The notes below the pieces were generated by a model, which ran no database searches, was not told the origin of the DNA, and saw only the letters and a program-made list of their open reading frames with translations. A stretch of DNA of 64,000 nucleotides from an uncultured Actinomycetes bacterium (GTDB taxonomy: Bacteria > Actinomycetota > Thermoleophilia > RBG-16-64-13), in contig CAWJDT010000007.1 in NCBI GenBank assembly GCA_963841735.1, positions 1-64,000 of the forward strand. Direction: 5' to 3'. This document shows, piece by piece, positions 31,975 to 43,284 of the stretch; position 1 is the first letter of the stretch, and the number at the start of each line of letters is the position of its first letter. The translations under genes and the position numbers were made by a program.

Positions 31975-32472
31975 TCAGCCAGACGGGGGTGCAAATCGCG
32001 GTAGCAGGTTCTGGCGGACGTAGTCGAGGCTCTCTTCCTCCCCGGCATAGAACGTGACGTAATCGTGGTGATCGAAGGACGCGTGGATGTCCGAGGCTGC
32101 GATGACTAGGTCGCCATCCCAGCTACTCAACATGGAGAGGTAGAGGAATGAGTTCAGGTCCTCTGTCTCGTAGCCCAGAAAGAGATGACCGGGCGCTTCA
32201 TGCCAAAGGCGATGATCCCCGTAGCTCTGGCGGAGTTTGTAGTAGAGATGCCAGTTGGCGCACGAGGGAAAGATCAGCGGATTGGTGATCCAAAGGAGCG
32301 CTTCGTTTCCACATGTGAGAGAAGTGGCCATCCAATGCGCCAAGTAGAGAATCTGCCCCGATTCTTGGGGAAACTTGACTTCCTCTCTGCGGGCCCCCGG
32401 AATGGTCTCCGGTGTCTGCAGCCCTCGGCCGTGCAGCCAGTCCTTGCATTCCTCGTCGGTATAGAAACGCAT
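31975..32472 (-). CDS. Hypothetical protein
   Basis: GGGAGG RBS then MRFYTDEEC; protein-like composition (EAPGHLF motif). Confidence 0.65.
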   Translation of the reverse strand: MRFYTDEECKDWLHGRGLQTPETIPGARREEVKFPQESGQILYLAHWMATSLTCGNEALLWITNPLIFPSCANWHLYYKLRQSYGDHRLWHEAPGHLFLGYETEDLNSFLYLSMLSSWDGDLVIAASDIHASFDHHDYVTFYAGEEESLDYVRQNLLPRFAPPSG

Positions 32473-32641
32473 TGCCCTCCCCCTACAAGTCACCAGATTG
32501 GTGAGCCTCAGACTACACCCGGGCGAGATGGCTGAGCAAGCGTGGAGTGCTGGAAGGTAGCGACGTTGCCAAAGATTCCACTGGTGTCGAGCGGGCCATA
32601 GTGGATTTGAACCGCGCCCCGTCGGCTATACTCGGCTGACA

Positions 32642-33112
32642 ATGAAACCCACCGGCATCAAGCTCATCGCGCAGAACAAGAAGGCCTACCACGACTACTT
32701 CATCGAGGAGACGTTGGAGGCCGGTATCGTTCTCACCGGCACCGAGGTCAAGTCGCTCCGGGTCGGCCGGGCCAACCTGCGCGACTCGTATGCTGCTGTG
32801 GAGAAGGGCGAACTCTTCCTCGTCGGCTGTCACATCAGCCCGTATGAGCAGGGCAATATCTTCAACCACGATCCGGTGCGCTCCCGCAAGCTTCTGGTGC
32901 ATGCCCGCGAGCTGCGCCGTCTATTTGGCAAGGTGAAGGTCGCCGGCTATACCTTGGTGCCCACCAAGATGTACTTCAAGGATGGTCGGGCCAAGGTGGA
33001 AATCGGACTGGCCAAGGGTAAGGCTCTATACGATAAGCGCCAGGTTTTGGCCACGAAAGAAGCGGAGCGCGACATGGCCAGGTCCTTCCGCCGCGCCGGC
33101 AGGGAAGACTGA
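32642..33112 (+). CDS. smpB: SsrA-binding protein
   Basis: [26 protein letters not shown] and GKALYDKR motifs; TATACT 9 nt upstream (near-leaderless). Confidence 0.97.
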   Translation: MKPTGIKLIAQNKKAYHDYFIEETLEAGIVLTGTEVKSLRVGRANLRDSYAAVEKGELFLVGCHISPYEQGNIFNHDPVRSRKLLVHARELRRLFGKVKVAGYTLVPTKMYFKDGRAKVEIGLAKGKALYDKRQVLATKEAERDMARSFRRAGRED

Positions 33113-33337
33113 CTAGAAGGGGCCGACCAACGGGTAAGGCGTGTTGTCTTGATACTTCAGCGCTTCGGCCTTTGCTAGGTCCACATCTTGGGCGATCTGC
33201 CTAGCGGCGAGTCGGCCGTCGATGGCCTCGGGGTCAGAGGACAACTGGCTCAGCCATTGTTCGCGCTTGGCCCGGCGGCGAGCAAGCAGGCGGGAGAGGA
33301 GGCCCTTGCCTCCGTGTGGTGAGACTACTGTGTCCAT
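33113..33337 (-). CDS. Small hypothetical protein between smpB and ssrA
   Basis: 74-aa ORF whose stop abuts the smpB stop; minus-strand TATACT at 33396-33401. Confidence 0.4.
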   Translation of the reverse strand: MDTVVSPHGGKGLLSRLLARRRAKREQWLSQLSSDPEAIDGRLAARQIAQDVDLAKAEALKYQDNTPYPLVGPF

Positions 33338-33452
33338 GGATCCAGAATAGTCTCGGCCGGGCTGTTTGTCGACGCATTCGATCAAGCCGCCGAGGAGTAT
33401 AATCTCCCAACTCAGTCAGCTCGGCAGAAGGAGCCGGGTGTCTGGGTCTCGT

Positions 33453-33816
33453 GGGGGCGACATGGTTTCGACGGGGCTCATGTCTGGGTTTAGGTTGCGA
33501 GCCGAGATCCCGGCCGTTCTCGTTAAACAGGCTGGAAAACACAATTGCCAAACCTTCATTGGCTCTGGCCGCTTAGTCTTTAACTAGACTACAGCGCCTG
33601 TCACGCCTCCCGCGTCTGCCGGGGAGGGTCGTGGCATAAACCAGGCGGACTTACTCTCGGCGAGTGCCGCCGGCGTCGGGAGAAAATTAAGGTGGCTGGC
33701 CGGACGTTCCCTGCTCCTACGGGTGCGCGAGGCGAGAAACAATGTAAGAGCTACGCTCGTAGATATCTAGGCTCGACGAGTTTCGGACGGGGGTTCGATT
33801 CCCCCCGCCTCCACCA
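33453..33816 (+). ncRNA. ssrA: tmRNA; predicted tag (A)AKPSLALAA
   Basis: 5' GGGGGCGA..GGTTTCGAC; 3' T-arm GGTTCGATTCC and CGCCTCCACCA with G3-U pair; tag ORF 33547-33576. Confidence 0.96.
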
Positions 33817-33869
33817 TTGCGTGGCGGCTGGTGACGCCCAACGCCGACCTCACCTGGGAGGGCGACGCG

Positions 33870-34877
33870 ATGAAGAGACTGCTGTTCCTTCCGATCACGC
33901 TTGTCCCGCTGTTGTGGCTACTCGCCTGCTCCGGGTCGGTCGACACGGAGCAAACCACTGTCACCACGGTGGGGGCCATCACTACGGCTGCCCAATCGGT
34001 GACGACTACCAGCGCCGTGCCTCCATCCACGAAAGGGGCCACCACCACGGTGTCGACTATGCCGGAAGGCTACGCTCTCACAAGCATCCTGCTGATGGGC
34101 GCGGCCGATAAGGACTTCTCGAGCGAGGGGGGCAAGACTTTCGCTCTCACCCACATTCTCATCACGCTCGACCCCGAAGCGCGGTTGATCAAGTTCACGC
34201 AGTTCCCCTACAACCTCATTGTCGATGTGGAGAGGGAGAGCGGGCTGGAAGCGATGGCGCTTCAGTCGGTCTCCAGCGAGTATGACGAACAGAAGGTCGT
34301 GGCGACGCTGGAACAGAACTTCGGCATCGAGATCGACCACTGGATGGTCATGAACATGAGCGGAATGGTGGACATCGTCGATGCTATGGGCGGCATCGAG
34401 ATCAACGTTGAGAGTCTGTCTCTGAACGAGGCGGCCCAACACCTCGTAGATATTCTGGGTGTGCCCTGGCAAGAAGTCATGAGCACAGGACTCCAGGTGC
34501 TCTCTGGGGTGCAGACGGCCGGGTACTTCGTTGACACCGTTCCGCAGACCGACGAGTCCATGAAGGAAGAGGAGCTGCTCTTCCGCGATAGGCACGAGAC
34601 CATCCTCAGGGCCGTCGTGCTGGGTATCAGGGCCCTTGGGCTGGCCGGCGAAGACCTGGTGAGCGTCGCGGGCAGCGTTGCCGGCACCTACTCCACCAGC
34701 ATCGCCCCAGGGGACTGGCCGGTCATCGCCGCGACTGCCGCCTATTGCGTGAAGCGTGATCCGCAATTCTTGTTTGTGCCACTGGAGATCGTGGGCGCAG
34801 CCGGCAGCGACTCTCAGATGGTCTACAACAAGAACGTGGACGTGCCGGCGGTGCAGGAGTTCGTCTCGGGACGATAG
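33870..34877 (+). CDS. LCP (LytR-CpsA-Psr) family lipoprotein, divergent
   Basis: Lipobox LLAC; SILLMGA, TLEQNFGIEIDHW, IVDAMGGIEINV, GLQVLSG. Confidence 0.75.
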   Translation: MKRLLFLPITLVPLLWLLACSGSVDTEQTTVTTVGAITTAAQSVTTTSAVPPSTKGATTTVSTMPEGYALTSILLMGAADKDFSSEGGKTFALTHILITLDPEARLIKFTQFPYNLIVDVERESGLEAMALQSVSSEYDEQKVVATLEQNFGIEIDHWMVMNMSGMVDIVDAMGGIEINVESLSLNEAAQHLVDILGVPWQEVMSTGLQVLSGVQTAGYFVDTVPQTDESMKEEELLFRDRHETILRAVVLGIRALGLAGEDLVSVAGSVAGTYSTSIAPGDWPVIAATAAYCVKRDPQFLFVPLEIVGAAGSDSQMVYNKNVDVPAVQEFVSGR

Positions 34878-34958
34878 TGGGGCTCGCGGCCGTCGGAGGG
34901 CGTCGTAAGGCTGCGCCGGCCATTGGGCGGCGGCAGCAGTGGAGTGACCGGTAGACAC

Positions 34959-34993
34959 AAGCTCCGCGGGACGAGTCGGTTCCCGTGGAGCTT
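34959..34993 (+). terminator. Hairpin downstream of the LCP gene
   Basis: AAGCTCCGCGGGA/TCCCGTGGAGCTT stem. Confidence 0.5.
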
Positions 34994-35192
34994 CTGCGAG
35001 TTTGAGGTCGGTGGCCTCCAACAGCCTGCTGCCGTGGGACTCGGTCGGTCGTCGTTGCGCGGCCCTGGGCGGCATGGTATAGAGAGACGGCTGGAGGCAC
35101 CATCAGACTGGGGGGCGCGACGCATGTGCTGCAGACGAGTGAAGGCAAGGTATTGCTTCCATAGGGGAGCAAACCAAACGAGAGGTGGTCAC

Positions 35193-38100
35193 ATGATTCC
35201 CCGAGCCGCCATGGGGTGGAGGAAGTGCGGAAACCGGGCAGCGATATCGGGGTTGGTCGTTCTTTGCGTGCTGGTGCTGCTTGCCGGACTGCCGATGCTG
35301 GGGGTGGCTCCGGCGCAGGCGACAGTGGACGAGCAGACAGTGCGGGAGGAGGCCCCGCTAACCTTCGAGTCTTTGCTCAGCAACCCCGACCGGCCGGAAG
35401 TGGTGGGCGATCAGCTGCTGGTGGCCTTTCGCAAAGGGGTGAACGCTCTTACCGCCCAGCAGTTTGTCGGTAGGTACGGCGCTAAGGTGCAAGGCGTACT
35501 GACCTCGGCTTCCAGGTATGCGGGCCAGAGGATAGCCGTCATCAAGGCGAGAGGTCTGGGCGCGGCCGGACTCTTCGACCAGCTGCAGAGCGACCCGGCG
35601 GTGGCGGCGGTGAGTCTCAACTACAAGCAACGCGTAGCCGTGACGGTGCCAAACGATCCCCTGTTTGGAGAAATGTGGGGGTTGGATAACATCGGTCAGA
35701 CCGGAGGCGCCACCGACGCCGACATCGACGCTCCCGAAGCCTGGGATGTGTCAATGGGATCGTCGGGAGTGGTGGTCGCCGATATCGACACCGGCATCGA
35801 CTACACGCACGAGGACCTGGTAGGCAACGTCTGGACCAATCCGTCTGAGATTGCGGGCGACGGCATTGACAACGACGGCAACGGCTACGTGGACGATGTG
35901 TACGGCATAGACACGGCCAACTATGACAGCGATCCTTGGGACGATCACGGTCACGGGACGCACACAGCTGGGACTATCGCGGCGGTGGGTGACAACGGTG
36001 TGGGAGTGGCCGGTGTGGGGTGGTCGACCAAGGTAATGGGCGTCAAGTTCCTGGATCAAGCGGGGTCCGGCAGCGACGCCGCGGCCGTAGAGGCCATTTA
36101 CTACGTGATAGGTCAGAAGCTCGACAACGGGGTCAACGTGGTGGCCATCAACGCGAGCTGGGGTGGGGGGGGATACGATGCAGTCCTCGAGCAGGCTATT
36201 GCCGACGCCGGGGACGCGGGCATCATCTTCGTGGCCGCTGCCGGCAATGACTCCCAGAATACCGACGTGGTATCCAACTACCCATCGGGCTACGACCCCG
36301 CCACCATCGTGTCTGTGGGCGCGACCGATCATAACGATCTCCCCACCTGGTTCACTAACTACGGGAGTTCCTCGGTGGATCTCTTCGCACCGGGGGAGAG
36401 CATCCTGAGTACGCTGCCCAACTTCGCGTATGCACCAGGCGCCGGCGACTATCTTCTTCGACGACATGGAGGCCGGAGCGGGCCAATGGGCCGCCCCGGA
36501 AGGAACATGGAGCATCACGAGCGAGAAGCCCGAAACGGGCAGCTATAGTTGGTCCGACAGTCCCGCAGGCGACTATTTGGACGACACCCAGAGCGCCATC
36601 ACTACGGCGTTGCTCGATCTGACGGCCGCTCCGGCCCACCCGATGCTCGGGTTCAGCGCCTGCTACGACTTGGGCAGCGCGGAGCTGGACATGCTCTTGG
36701 TGGAGTTCTCGGGCGACGACGGAGCGACCTGGGAATCTGTGGCCGCCCTTTTCGGATCGAGTGGTGGCTCGTGGGAATCGATCAGCGTGCCCATACCGTC
36801 GTATCTGTGCACCGATCAGTTCAGAGCTCGCCTCTGCTTGGTCACCGACTCGGAGGATGGAGAGGTGGCCGACGGTGTGTACATCGACGGTTTTGGTATC
36901 GGGGCGACCGGGGCCTCCGACAAGTACGAGCGATGGAGTGGCACCTCTATGGCTACGCCGCATGTCACCGGGTCTATCGCGGTGCTGGCTGCGCAGTATC
37001 CGGCCGACAGCCCGCTGGAACGCATCAGCCGCATTCGCTCCGGAGTCGACGTGCTGCCGCAACTGGACGGCTTGGCCAACACCGGGGGGAGGCTCAATCT
37101 GGCCCGATCAATCGACGCCGGTCTTGTCCCGGTTCCCTGGGTCTCCAGACTATTGTATGAGCGCCCTGTGACCGCGGGTTCCCTGTTGATGTTGGAGGGG
37201 GTCCTGTTCGGAGACGACGCGGGAAAAGTGCTTGTGTCCGACGGCGCCACGGAAGTCGAGGCGCTGCTGGTGTCTTGGGCCGACGGAGCGGTCGAGGCCA
37301 CGATGCCGGATACGCGCAATGGCATGGTCATTCTGGAAAGGGCGGACTCCGCTCGATGCACCGCTGGGACGGTGTCCGCCTGGGCCGACGGAGCTTCCTC
37401 GATTCTCGGCCGCGATGGCAACACGGCTCTCGCCACGGACAACGGCATCCTGTCATTTGGTGGCTATACGCAGGGCGGGGTGCTGGCCACCAGCACGATC
37501 GAACTCTACGACCCCTATGAAGACACCTGGTTGGCGTCGTCCAAGTTGCGCCTGCCTGAGCCCCGCGTGTATGCGGCTTCGGCCGCTGCCGGCGACTACG
37601 TGTACGTTATCGGGGGTTATGAGGACGGCCTTGGTCAGGCTCACGACAACATGTGGGCGTACGACTTCTCGGTCAACGAGTGGCTGACGATGGCTCCGCT
37701 CCCGGCTCCGCTGATGTTCCACGAAGCGGTGGAGGTGGATGGGTTGATCTGGGTGTTCGGAGGCAGCGACGAGAACGGCGTCATGAATCCCGATCTGTAC
37801 GTCTACGATCCTAGCGACGATTCCTGGACGGTTTCGGCCGGGCCATCCCCCCGCATCGAAGGGGCGGGCATCGCCGTTGATGGATTGATCTACTTCTTCG
37901 GTGGGTGGTCTGACACTGACGACTACGTCGGTACCACCGAGGTCTACGATCCCGTGGCCGGTTCTTGGACGACGTTGTCGGATCTTCCCTCCCCACTGGC
38001 GCGGATGGGGGTGGCCGAATACGGGGGCATGGTCTACCTCATCGGAGGCACCCACACCGACTGGTGGCTGGGCGGCATGAGGACCGTTCTGCGCTTCGAT

Positions 38101-39696
38101 CCAGCGACAGAGACGTGGAAAGACCTGTCGCCCCTAGTACTCGCGCTTCCGTCTGAGTCCGCGGCGCACAGCAGCCCGGCGGTGGGTGTTGAGGGCCAGG
38201 GTATCTACAGCATCAATGGGATGAGTTGGGGCAGCTCCTCCCGCCGTCTGCAGCTTCTGGCCGACTCTTCGCTGAGTATGAGCATCGTCTCCCTCGACCC
38301 AGCCGTCGGCTCCGTTGACGGTGGCAACGAAGTCGCGATACTGGGCACGGAGTTCTTCGACGTGACGGGCGTGACCTTTGGCGGCGTGGCGGCTGCTGGC
38401 TACACCGTCGAGTCTTCCGACCGGATCGTCGCCACGGTTCCCGCGGGGGCGGCCGGGGTAGTGCAGGTACAGGTCACCTCCGCCGAGGGCGCGACCGCGG
38501 ATACCGAGGCCGATGACTACAGGTACGCTGGTCGGCCGGCCATCACGTCTCTCAAACCGGCCGCCGGTCCTCTCGCCGGCGGAAACGACGTTGTCATAAC
38601 CGGCACCGAGTTCTACGGGGTCACCTCGGTGACGTTCGGTGGCATCCCGGCCCTCGACTTCGCGGTCGACTCGTCCACGCAGATCACCGCGGTGTCTCCG
38701 TCTCACCAAATTGGCTGGGTGCAGGTGCAGGTTACGGCGGCGGGAGGGGCGACGCCCAACGGGTCCGCCGACGACTTTTTCTACTTCACCGGCTATGTTT
38801 CGTTGCGCGGCACCGACCGGTACGACACCGCCATAAGGATCGCGAGGGCCATGTTCCCAGGGCCCCTGGAGCCGGGTGCGGGTCTGGTGTTGGCGCCGGG
38901 AGATACGTTTCAGGAGGCCCTCTGTGGTGGTCCGCTGGCCGCCGCCTACGGCGGGCCGGTACTGCTCACTCCCAGTACGGGGCTCAATAACGCGGTCAAG
39001 GCTGAGATTCTGCGGCTCCGGCCGCAGACGGTCATATGTGTCGGCCTCTCCGACGCTATCAAGTTGAAAGTCCAGGCTGCCCTGGCGCATACCGGTAGCG
39101 TGATCGCCATCAGGGGGACGAGCGTGTATGACATGAGTTACAGGGTGGCGAAGGCCCTGCAGGCCAAGGTGGGTGATCTCAGGGGAGCCACCGCCATAGT
39201 CACCCGCGGCGACGTGTTCCCCGACGCCATCGGGGTGTCCCCGCTGGCCTGTGCCAAGATGTGGCCCATTGTTTTGACGGGCAAGGGTACCGTTCTTAGC
39301 GCTAGTGCCGGTCGAACGCTGAGTGAGTTGCGCGTTGGCACAGCCATCAAAGTGGGCACTTATGCGACTCTGCCGGTAGGGGTGACGGGGCTTGCCAACC
39401 TGTCCGGCTCCGATCGGTATGCCACCAACGTCAACGTGGCCGAATGGGCTCGGACCCACGCCGGCCTTACCTTCGACCACCTGGGCATCGTCACGGGGGA
39501 CAAGTTCCCAGATGCCCTTGCCGCGGGGCCTTATCTAGCCCAGGAGAGGGGCATCGTGCTACTCAGCCCGCTGCTCGGCCCACTGCCCCGTGTCACCGCC
39601 GCTGAGATAGCAGGCCAGGCCGAGAATGTTCAGCATGTATCCTTTATCGCCATGATCGAGCCGGTGATCAGTCAAGTGAAGGCGCTGTTGCCATGA
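35193..39696 (+). CDS. Secreted S8 subtilase with inserted beta-sandwich, Kelch repeats, IPT/TIG domains and C-terminal CWB2 anchor (frameshift near 36450)
   Basis: Catalytic DIDTG, HGHGTH and GTSMATP; repeated YxxGG/YDP..W Kelch units; IPT repeats; CWB2 repeats. Confidence 0.88.
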
Positions 39697-41966
39697 ATAG
39701 ACCTGGACGTGAGTTGGTCGAAGCTGCCCTAGCGAGCGGTGCCGGGGCATTGGACGAGGACGACGGCAAGCAGTTCTTTGCGGCCTACGGCATAGAGGTC
39801 CCTCAGGGGGGCACAGTGCATTCTGCCGATGAGGCCGTACGTCTGGCCGATGACATCGGCTACCCGGTGGTCATGAAGGGGGCTTCTCCCGACATCCAGC
39901 ACAAGACCGATGCCGGTTTGGTACTGCTGCGCATCGGCAACGAGAAGGAGGTGCGCGAGGCGTACCGCACGCTGGAAGCGCGGGCGGCCGCGGGCGGCTC
40001 CACCCTGGAAGGCGTCCTTGTGGAGCACATGGTCATCGGCAGGCGCGAGTTCGTGGTGGGTCTGGTTCGAGACCTGCTGTTCGGACCGGTGGTCATGTTC
40101 GGTCTGGGAGGTATATACACCGAGGCTCTCAAGGATGTGGCTTTCGCCGTCGCGCCTGTCTCGGAGGACGACGCGTACGAACTCATGGACGAGATTCGAG
40201 CCAAGGTGCTTCTCGGCCCAGTGCGGGGGGAGCCGGCGGTAGACCGCGCGGCTCTGGCGAGGGTCATCATGGCTGTGGGGCAGATGGCGGAGGATCATCC
40301 CGAGATCCGCGAGATCGACGTCAACCCTCTGCTCATCGACGGCTCTGTCCCCGTGGCGGTGGACGCTCTTATCGCCGTGGGCGAGCCCGTGCACGTTTCC
40401 ACCCGGCCGCCGGCCGACATCTCCCAGTTGGATCACTTGGTGGCTCCGGGGAGTGTCGCCGTGGTGGGCGCATCGTCCGACACGGCCAAGTGGGGCGGCA
40501 TGATCACGGCCAACCTGAGATTGGGCGAGTTTCCTGGTCCCATCTATCTGGTGAACCCCAAGGGAGGCACCATCCTGGGCCTGCCTGTCTATACGAGCGT
40601 GACCGAGCTTCCGGAGACTCCCGACTTGGTGCTGATAGCGGTGCCGTCGGCGTTGGTCAACGACGTTGTTGAGGAATGCGGCCGCAAGGGTGTGGGAGCG
40701 ATCGTGGTGGTGTCGGCGGGATTCTCGGAGGTCGGCCCAGAAGGGCGGGCGATGGAGGAGGAGATGGTCGCCATCGCCGACAAGTACGACATGGCTCTGG
40801 TGGGTCCCAACTGCATGGGGGTCATCTCCTCACACCATAAGCTGTACGGCACGGGATTCATGCTGGTGCGCCCGGTTCCCGGGGGAGCTAGCATGGTGTC
40901 GCAATCGGGCAACCTGGGCCTCCAACTGCTCGTGTCGGCCGACAGGCGCAAGGGGGGAGTTGGCAAGTTCATCGGCGTGGGCAACGAGGCCATGATCGAC
41001 GCTGTGGACTTCATCAACTATCTGCACAACGACCCCGACACCAACACGATAGTCGCCTACATGGAAGGTTTCGACGACGGCCGGCGCCTCTTGGATGTTA
41101 TCAAGCGCACCACGGTGGACAAGCCGGTGGTGGTACTGCGCGGGGGCATGAGCGACTACGGCAAGAAGGCCGCTGCCTCGCACACCGGGGCTCTGACCTC
41201 GTCTACAGCGGTGTTCCAGGCGGCGGCGCGGCAATCGGGGCTGATAGTGGTTACCGATCCGGACGAATTCATGGATCTTACCTTTGCTCTCTCTTACATG
41301 CCCCTTCCTCCCGGCAAGAGGGTGGCTGTTGCTACCCTTGGTGGCGGTTGGGGGGTGCTGGTGTCGGACGAGATAGCCCGTTGCGGATTGGAATTGGCGG
41401 AGCTGACCCCCGATGTGATCGAGAGCTTGAACAAGCTCCTGCCTCCATTCTGGAGCCACGCGAACCCGGTGGATATGGTCGCCACCGTGACGCCTGGGGT
41501 TCCTGAAGCGGTTGTCGAGATACTGGCCGCCAGTGACGCGATAGATGCTGTGATAGTCATGGGCGTGGTCGGTTCCATGAGCGAGAGTCGCCGGGCCATC
41601 ACTGAGATAGAGAGTCTCAAGGCCGTTTGCGTGGGTATGCCGCCGGCTGCAGCGGGTGCCGCGGACGCGACCGGAGCGGCCGAAGCGGCCGCCGGCACCG
41701 ACGGGTGTGGCGACAACGAGCCTGTCGAGCCGGAATTGAGCGAGCGGGAGCTGGCATTCATAATGCAGAACGCGGCGTTGATGGACCGCTACTGCAAGCC
41801 CATCGCCAACATCTCACAGAAGCCCATGAGCCAGGCCATCTTCTCTGAGGGAGGTCGCTACGCCACCTTCGTCCTTCCTTCGCCTCTGAAAGGTGTACGA
41901 ATACTCGGCAAGATGGCGGCCTACAGCGCGTACCTGCGCAAGAAGGGCCGCGACCTCAACTGCTAA
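39693..41966 (+). CDS. Acetate/acyl-CoA ligase (ADP-forming), fused beta-alpha order
   Basis: N-terminal ATP-grasp (GYPVVMK, HKTDAG, EIDVNPL); CoA-binding VAVVGAS, GPNCMG, SQSG; phospho-His motif AASHTG. Confidence 0.9.
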   Translation: MNRPGRELVEAALASGAGALDEDDGKQFFAAYGIEVPQGGTVHSADEAVRLADDIGYPVVMKGASPDIQHKTDAGLVLLRIGNEKEVREAYRTLEARAAAGGSTLEGVLVEHMVIGRREFVVGLVRDLLFGPVVMFGLGGIYTEALKDVAFAVAPVSEDDAYELMDEIRAKVLLGPVRGEPAVDRAALARVIMAVGQMAEDHPEIREIDVNPLLIDGSVPVAVDALIAVGEPVHVSTRPPADISQLDHLVAPGSVAVVGASSDTAKWGGMITANLRLGEFPGPIYLVNPKGGTILGLPVYTSVTELPETPDLVLIAVPSALVNDVVEECGRKGVGAIVVVSAGFSEVGPEGRAMEEEMVAIADKYDMALVGPNCMGVISSHHKLYGTGFMLVRPVPGGASMVSQSGNLGLQLLVSADRRKGGVGKFIGVGNEAMIDAVDFINYLHNDPDTNTIVAYMEGFDDGRRLLDVIKRTTVDKPVVVLRGGMSDYGKKAAASHTGALTSSTAVFQAAARQSGLIVVTDPDEFMDLTFALSYMPLPPGKRVAVATLGGGWGVLVSDEIARCGLELAELTPDVIESLNKLLPPFWSHANPVDMVATVTPGVPEAVVEILAASDAIDAVIVMGVVGSMSESRRAITEIESLKAVCVGMPPAAAGAADATGAAEAAAGTDGCGDNEPVEPELSERELAFIMQNAALMDRYCKPIANISQKPMSQAIFSEGGRYATFVLPSPLKGVRILGKMAAYSAYLRKKGRDLNC

Positions 41967-41999
41967 GGGGCGCCGTAGCCGGGTGTACCATCGGTAGTC

Positions 42000-43214
42000 A
42001 TGAGTAACAGTTTGCGAAGGGCCGGCGGGAGGACCCCCGGGTCGGTCCCCGAAGGCATCGCCGAGGCGATGGCTGCCGAAGGCGGCCGCGTGCCCTTCGC
42101 CCGCTACATGGATCTGGCCTTGACTCATCCCACAGACGGCTACTACGGCGGGGGCGGGGATATGCTCGGTCCGTACGGCCATTTCACCACAGCACCCTGC
42201 GTTTCGCCTGAGTTCAATGAGTCCGTGGAACGGGTCCTGCGAGAGTTGGTGGATGCCTCCGTGTCTTCCCAGGGGGGAGATGCTGAGATGGTGACGGCAA
42301 TAGAGTTTGGGGGAGGACACGGTGATCTCTCCAAAGCCGTTCTCCGGGGCTGGGATAGGTACCGGCCTGATCTGCGGGAGCGAGTCACGTACGTGATCGT
42401 GGAGGTCAGCGGCGCCCTGCGAGAGAAGCAGCGACGGGCGCTGGCGGGCGTCACGGCTCGCGGTTGGCGGGTGAAGTGGGTGGCTTCGACTGACGACGCG
42501 CTCGCGGTTGCGCGCGGGACCTCGGTGGTGGGGGTGGGCAACGAGTTCATCGACGCCCTGCCCGTGCACCTTATCGATGTGCGGGGAGACGAGCTTCTGG
42601 AGGCCTGGGTGGAGTTGGACCGCACCGCACCGACGGGCGCGTCCCAAGTCCGCGCGCGGGAGGTCTGGGGGGCGCCCACACAGGAGGCTCTGGGCGAGCT
42701 GCGTAGGTTGTTTGGTACCGTCGTGGCCGGCGATCTCCGCTCGCTGAGCCAAGACGGCATCATTGAGGTGAGGCCTTCCGCAGCCACGCTGCTGGAGCAG
42801 GTGGCGGCGGCCGCGCAGGCGTGCTGTCTGTTGACCATTGACTACGGCGGTTGGTTCGGTGGCCCGGTTTGCGGAGCCGCTCCCTCGGCGCCCTACAGGC
42901 GGACGGTGCGCGGCTACTTCAGGCACCAGCCGGAGGCCGATCCCTATGTGCGGATAGGCCGGCAGGACCTGACGGCCGACGTGGACTTTCGGGCTCTTGA
43001 CCTTCATGGTCGCCGGGCGGGGTTCGAGACGGTGTTGTATGCGACGGTGGCGGGATTGCTGACGGCGGTCGGGGCAGAGGACACGCTGCGGGCGCTACGG
43101 GAGCGTGCCGCCACTTCACTGCAGATCGATCGCCGGGCTTCGATCCTCCAGAAGCTTTTGGACGGCGAGGACCTGGGCGGGGCTTTCAAAGTGTTGCTGC
43201 AGGCGCGAGAGTGA
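42000..43214 (+). CDS. SAM-dependent methyltransferase, MidA/NDUFAF7 family
   Basis: FARYMDLAL..GYY, GHFTTAP, NEFIDALP, IDYG and QDLTADVDF motifs. Confidence 0.88.
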   Translation: MSNSLRRAGGRTPGSVPEGIAEAMAAEGGRVPFARYMDLALTHPTDGYYGGGGDMLGPYGHFTTAPCVSPEFNESVERVLRELVDASVSSQGGDAEMVTAIEFGGGHGDLSKAVLRGWDRYRPDLRERVTYVIVEVSGALREKQRRALAGVTARGWRVKWVASTDDALAVARGTSVVGVGNEFIDALPVHLIDVRGDELLEAWVELDRTAPTGASQVRAREVWGAPTQEALGELRRLFGTVVAGDLRSLSQDGIIEVRPSAATLLEQVAAAAQACCLLTIDYGGWFGGPVCGAAPSAPYRRTVRGYFRHQPEADPYVRIGRQDLTADVDFRALDLHGRRAGFETVLYATVAGLLTAVGAEDTLRALRERAATSLQIDRRASILQKLLDGEDLGGAFKVLLQARE

Positions 43215-43284
43215 CGCGGGGGGGCCTCCTCGCGTGGCTGTGATTCAGGCGGTGGCCGCGCTCCCGCGACGATCGGGGCCGGGA

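Noticed and set aside
33780-34000. Integrative element at the ssrA 3' end (also checked tRNA-Pro at 60000-60076)
   Set aside because: No integrase, and no duplicated 3'-end att copy noticed in the window
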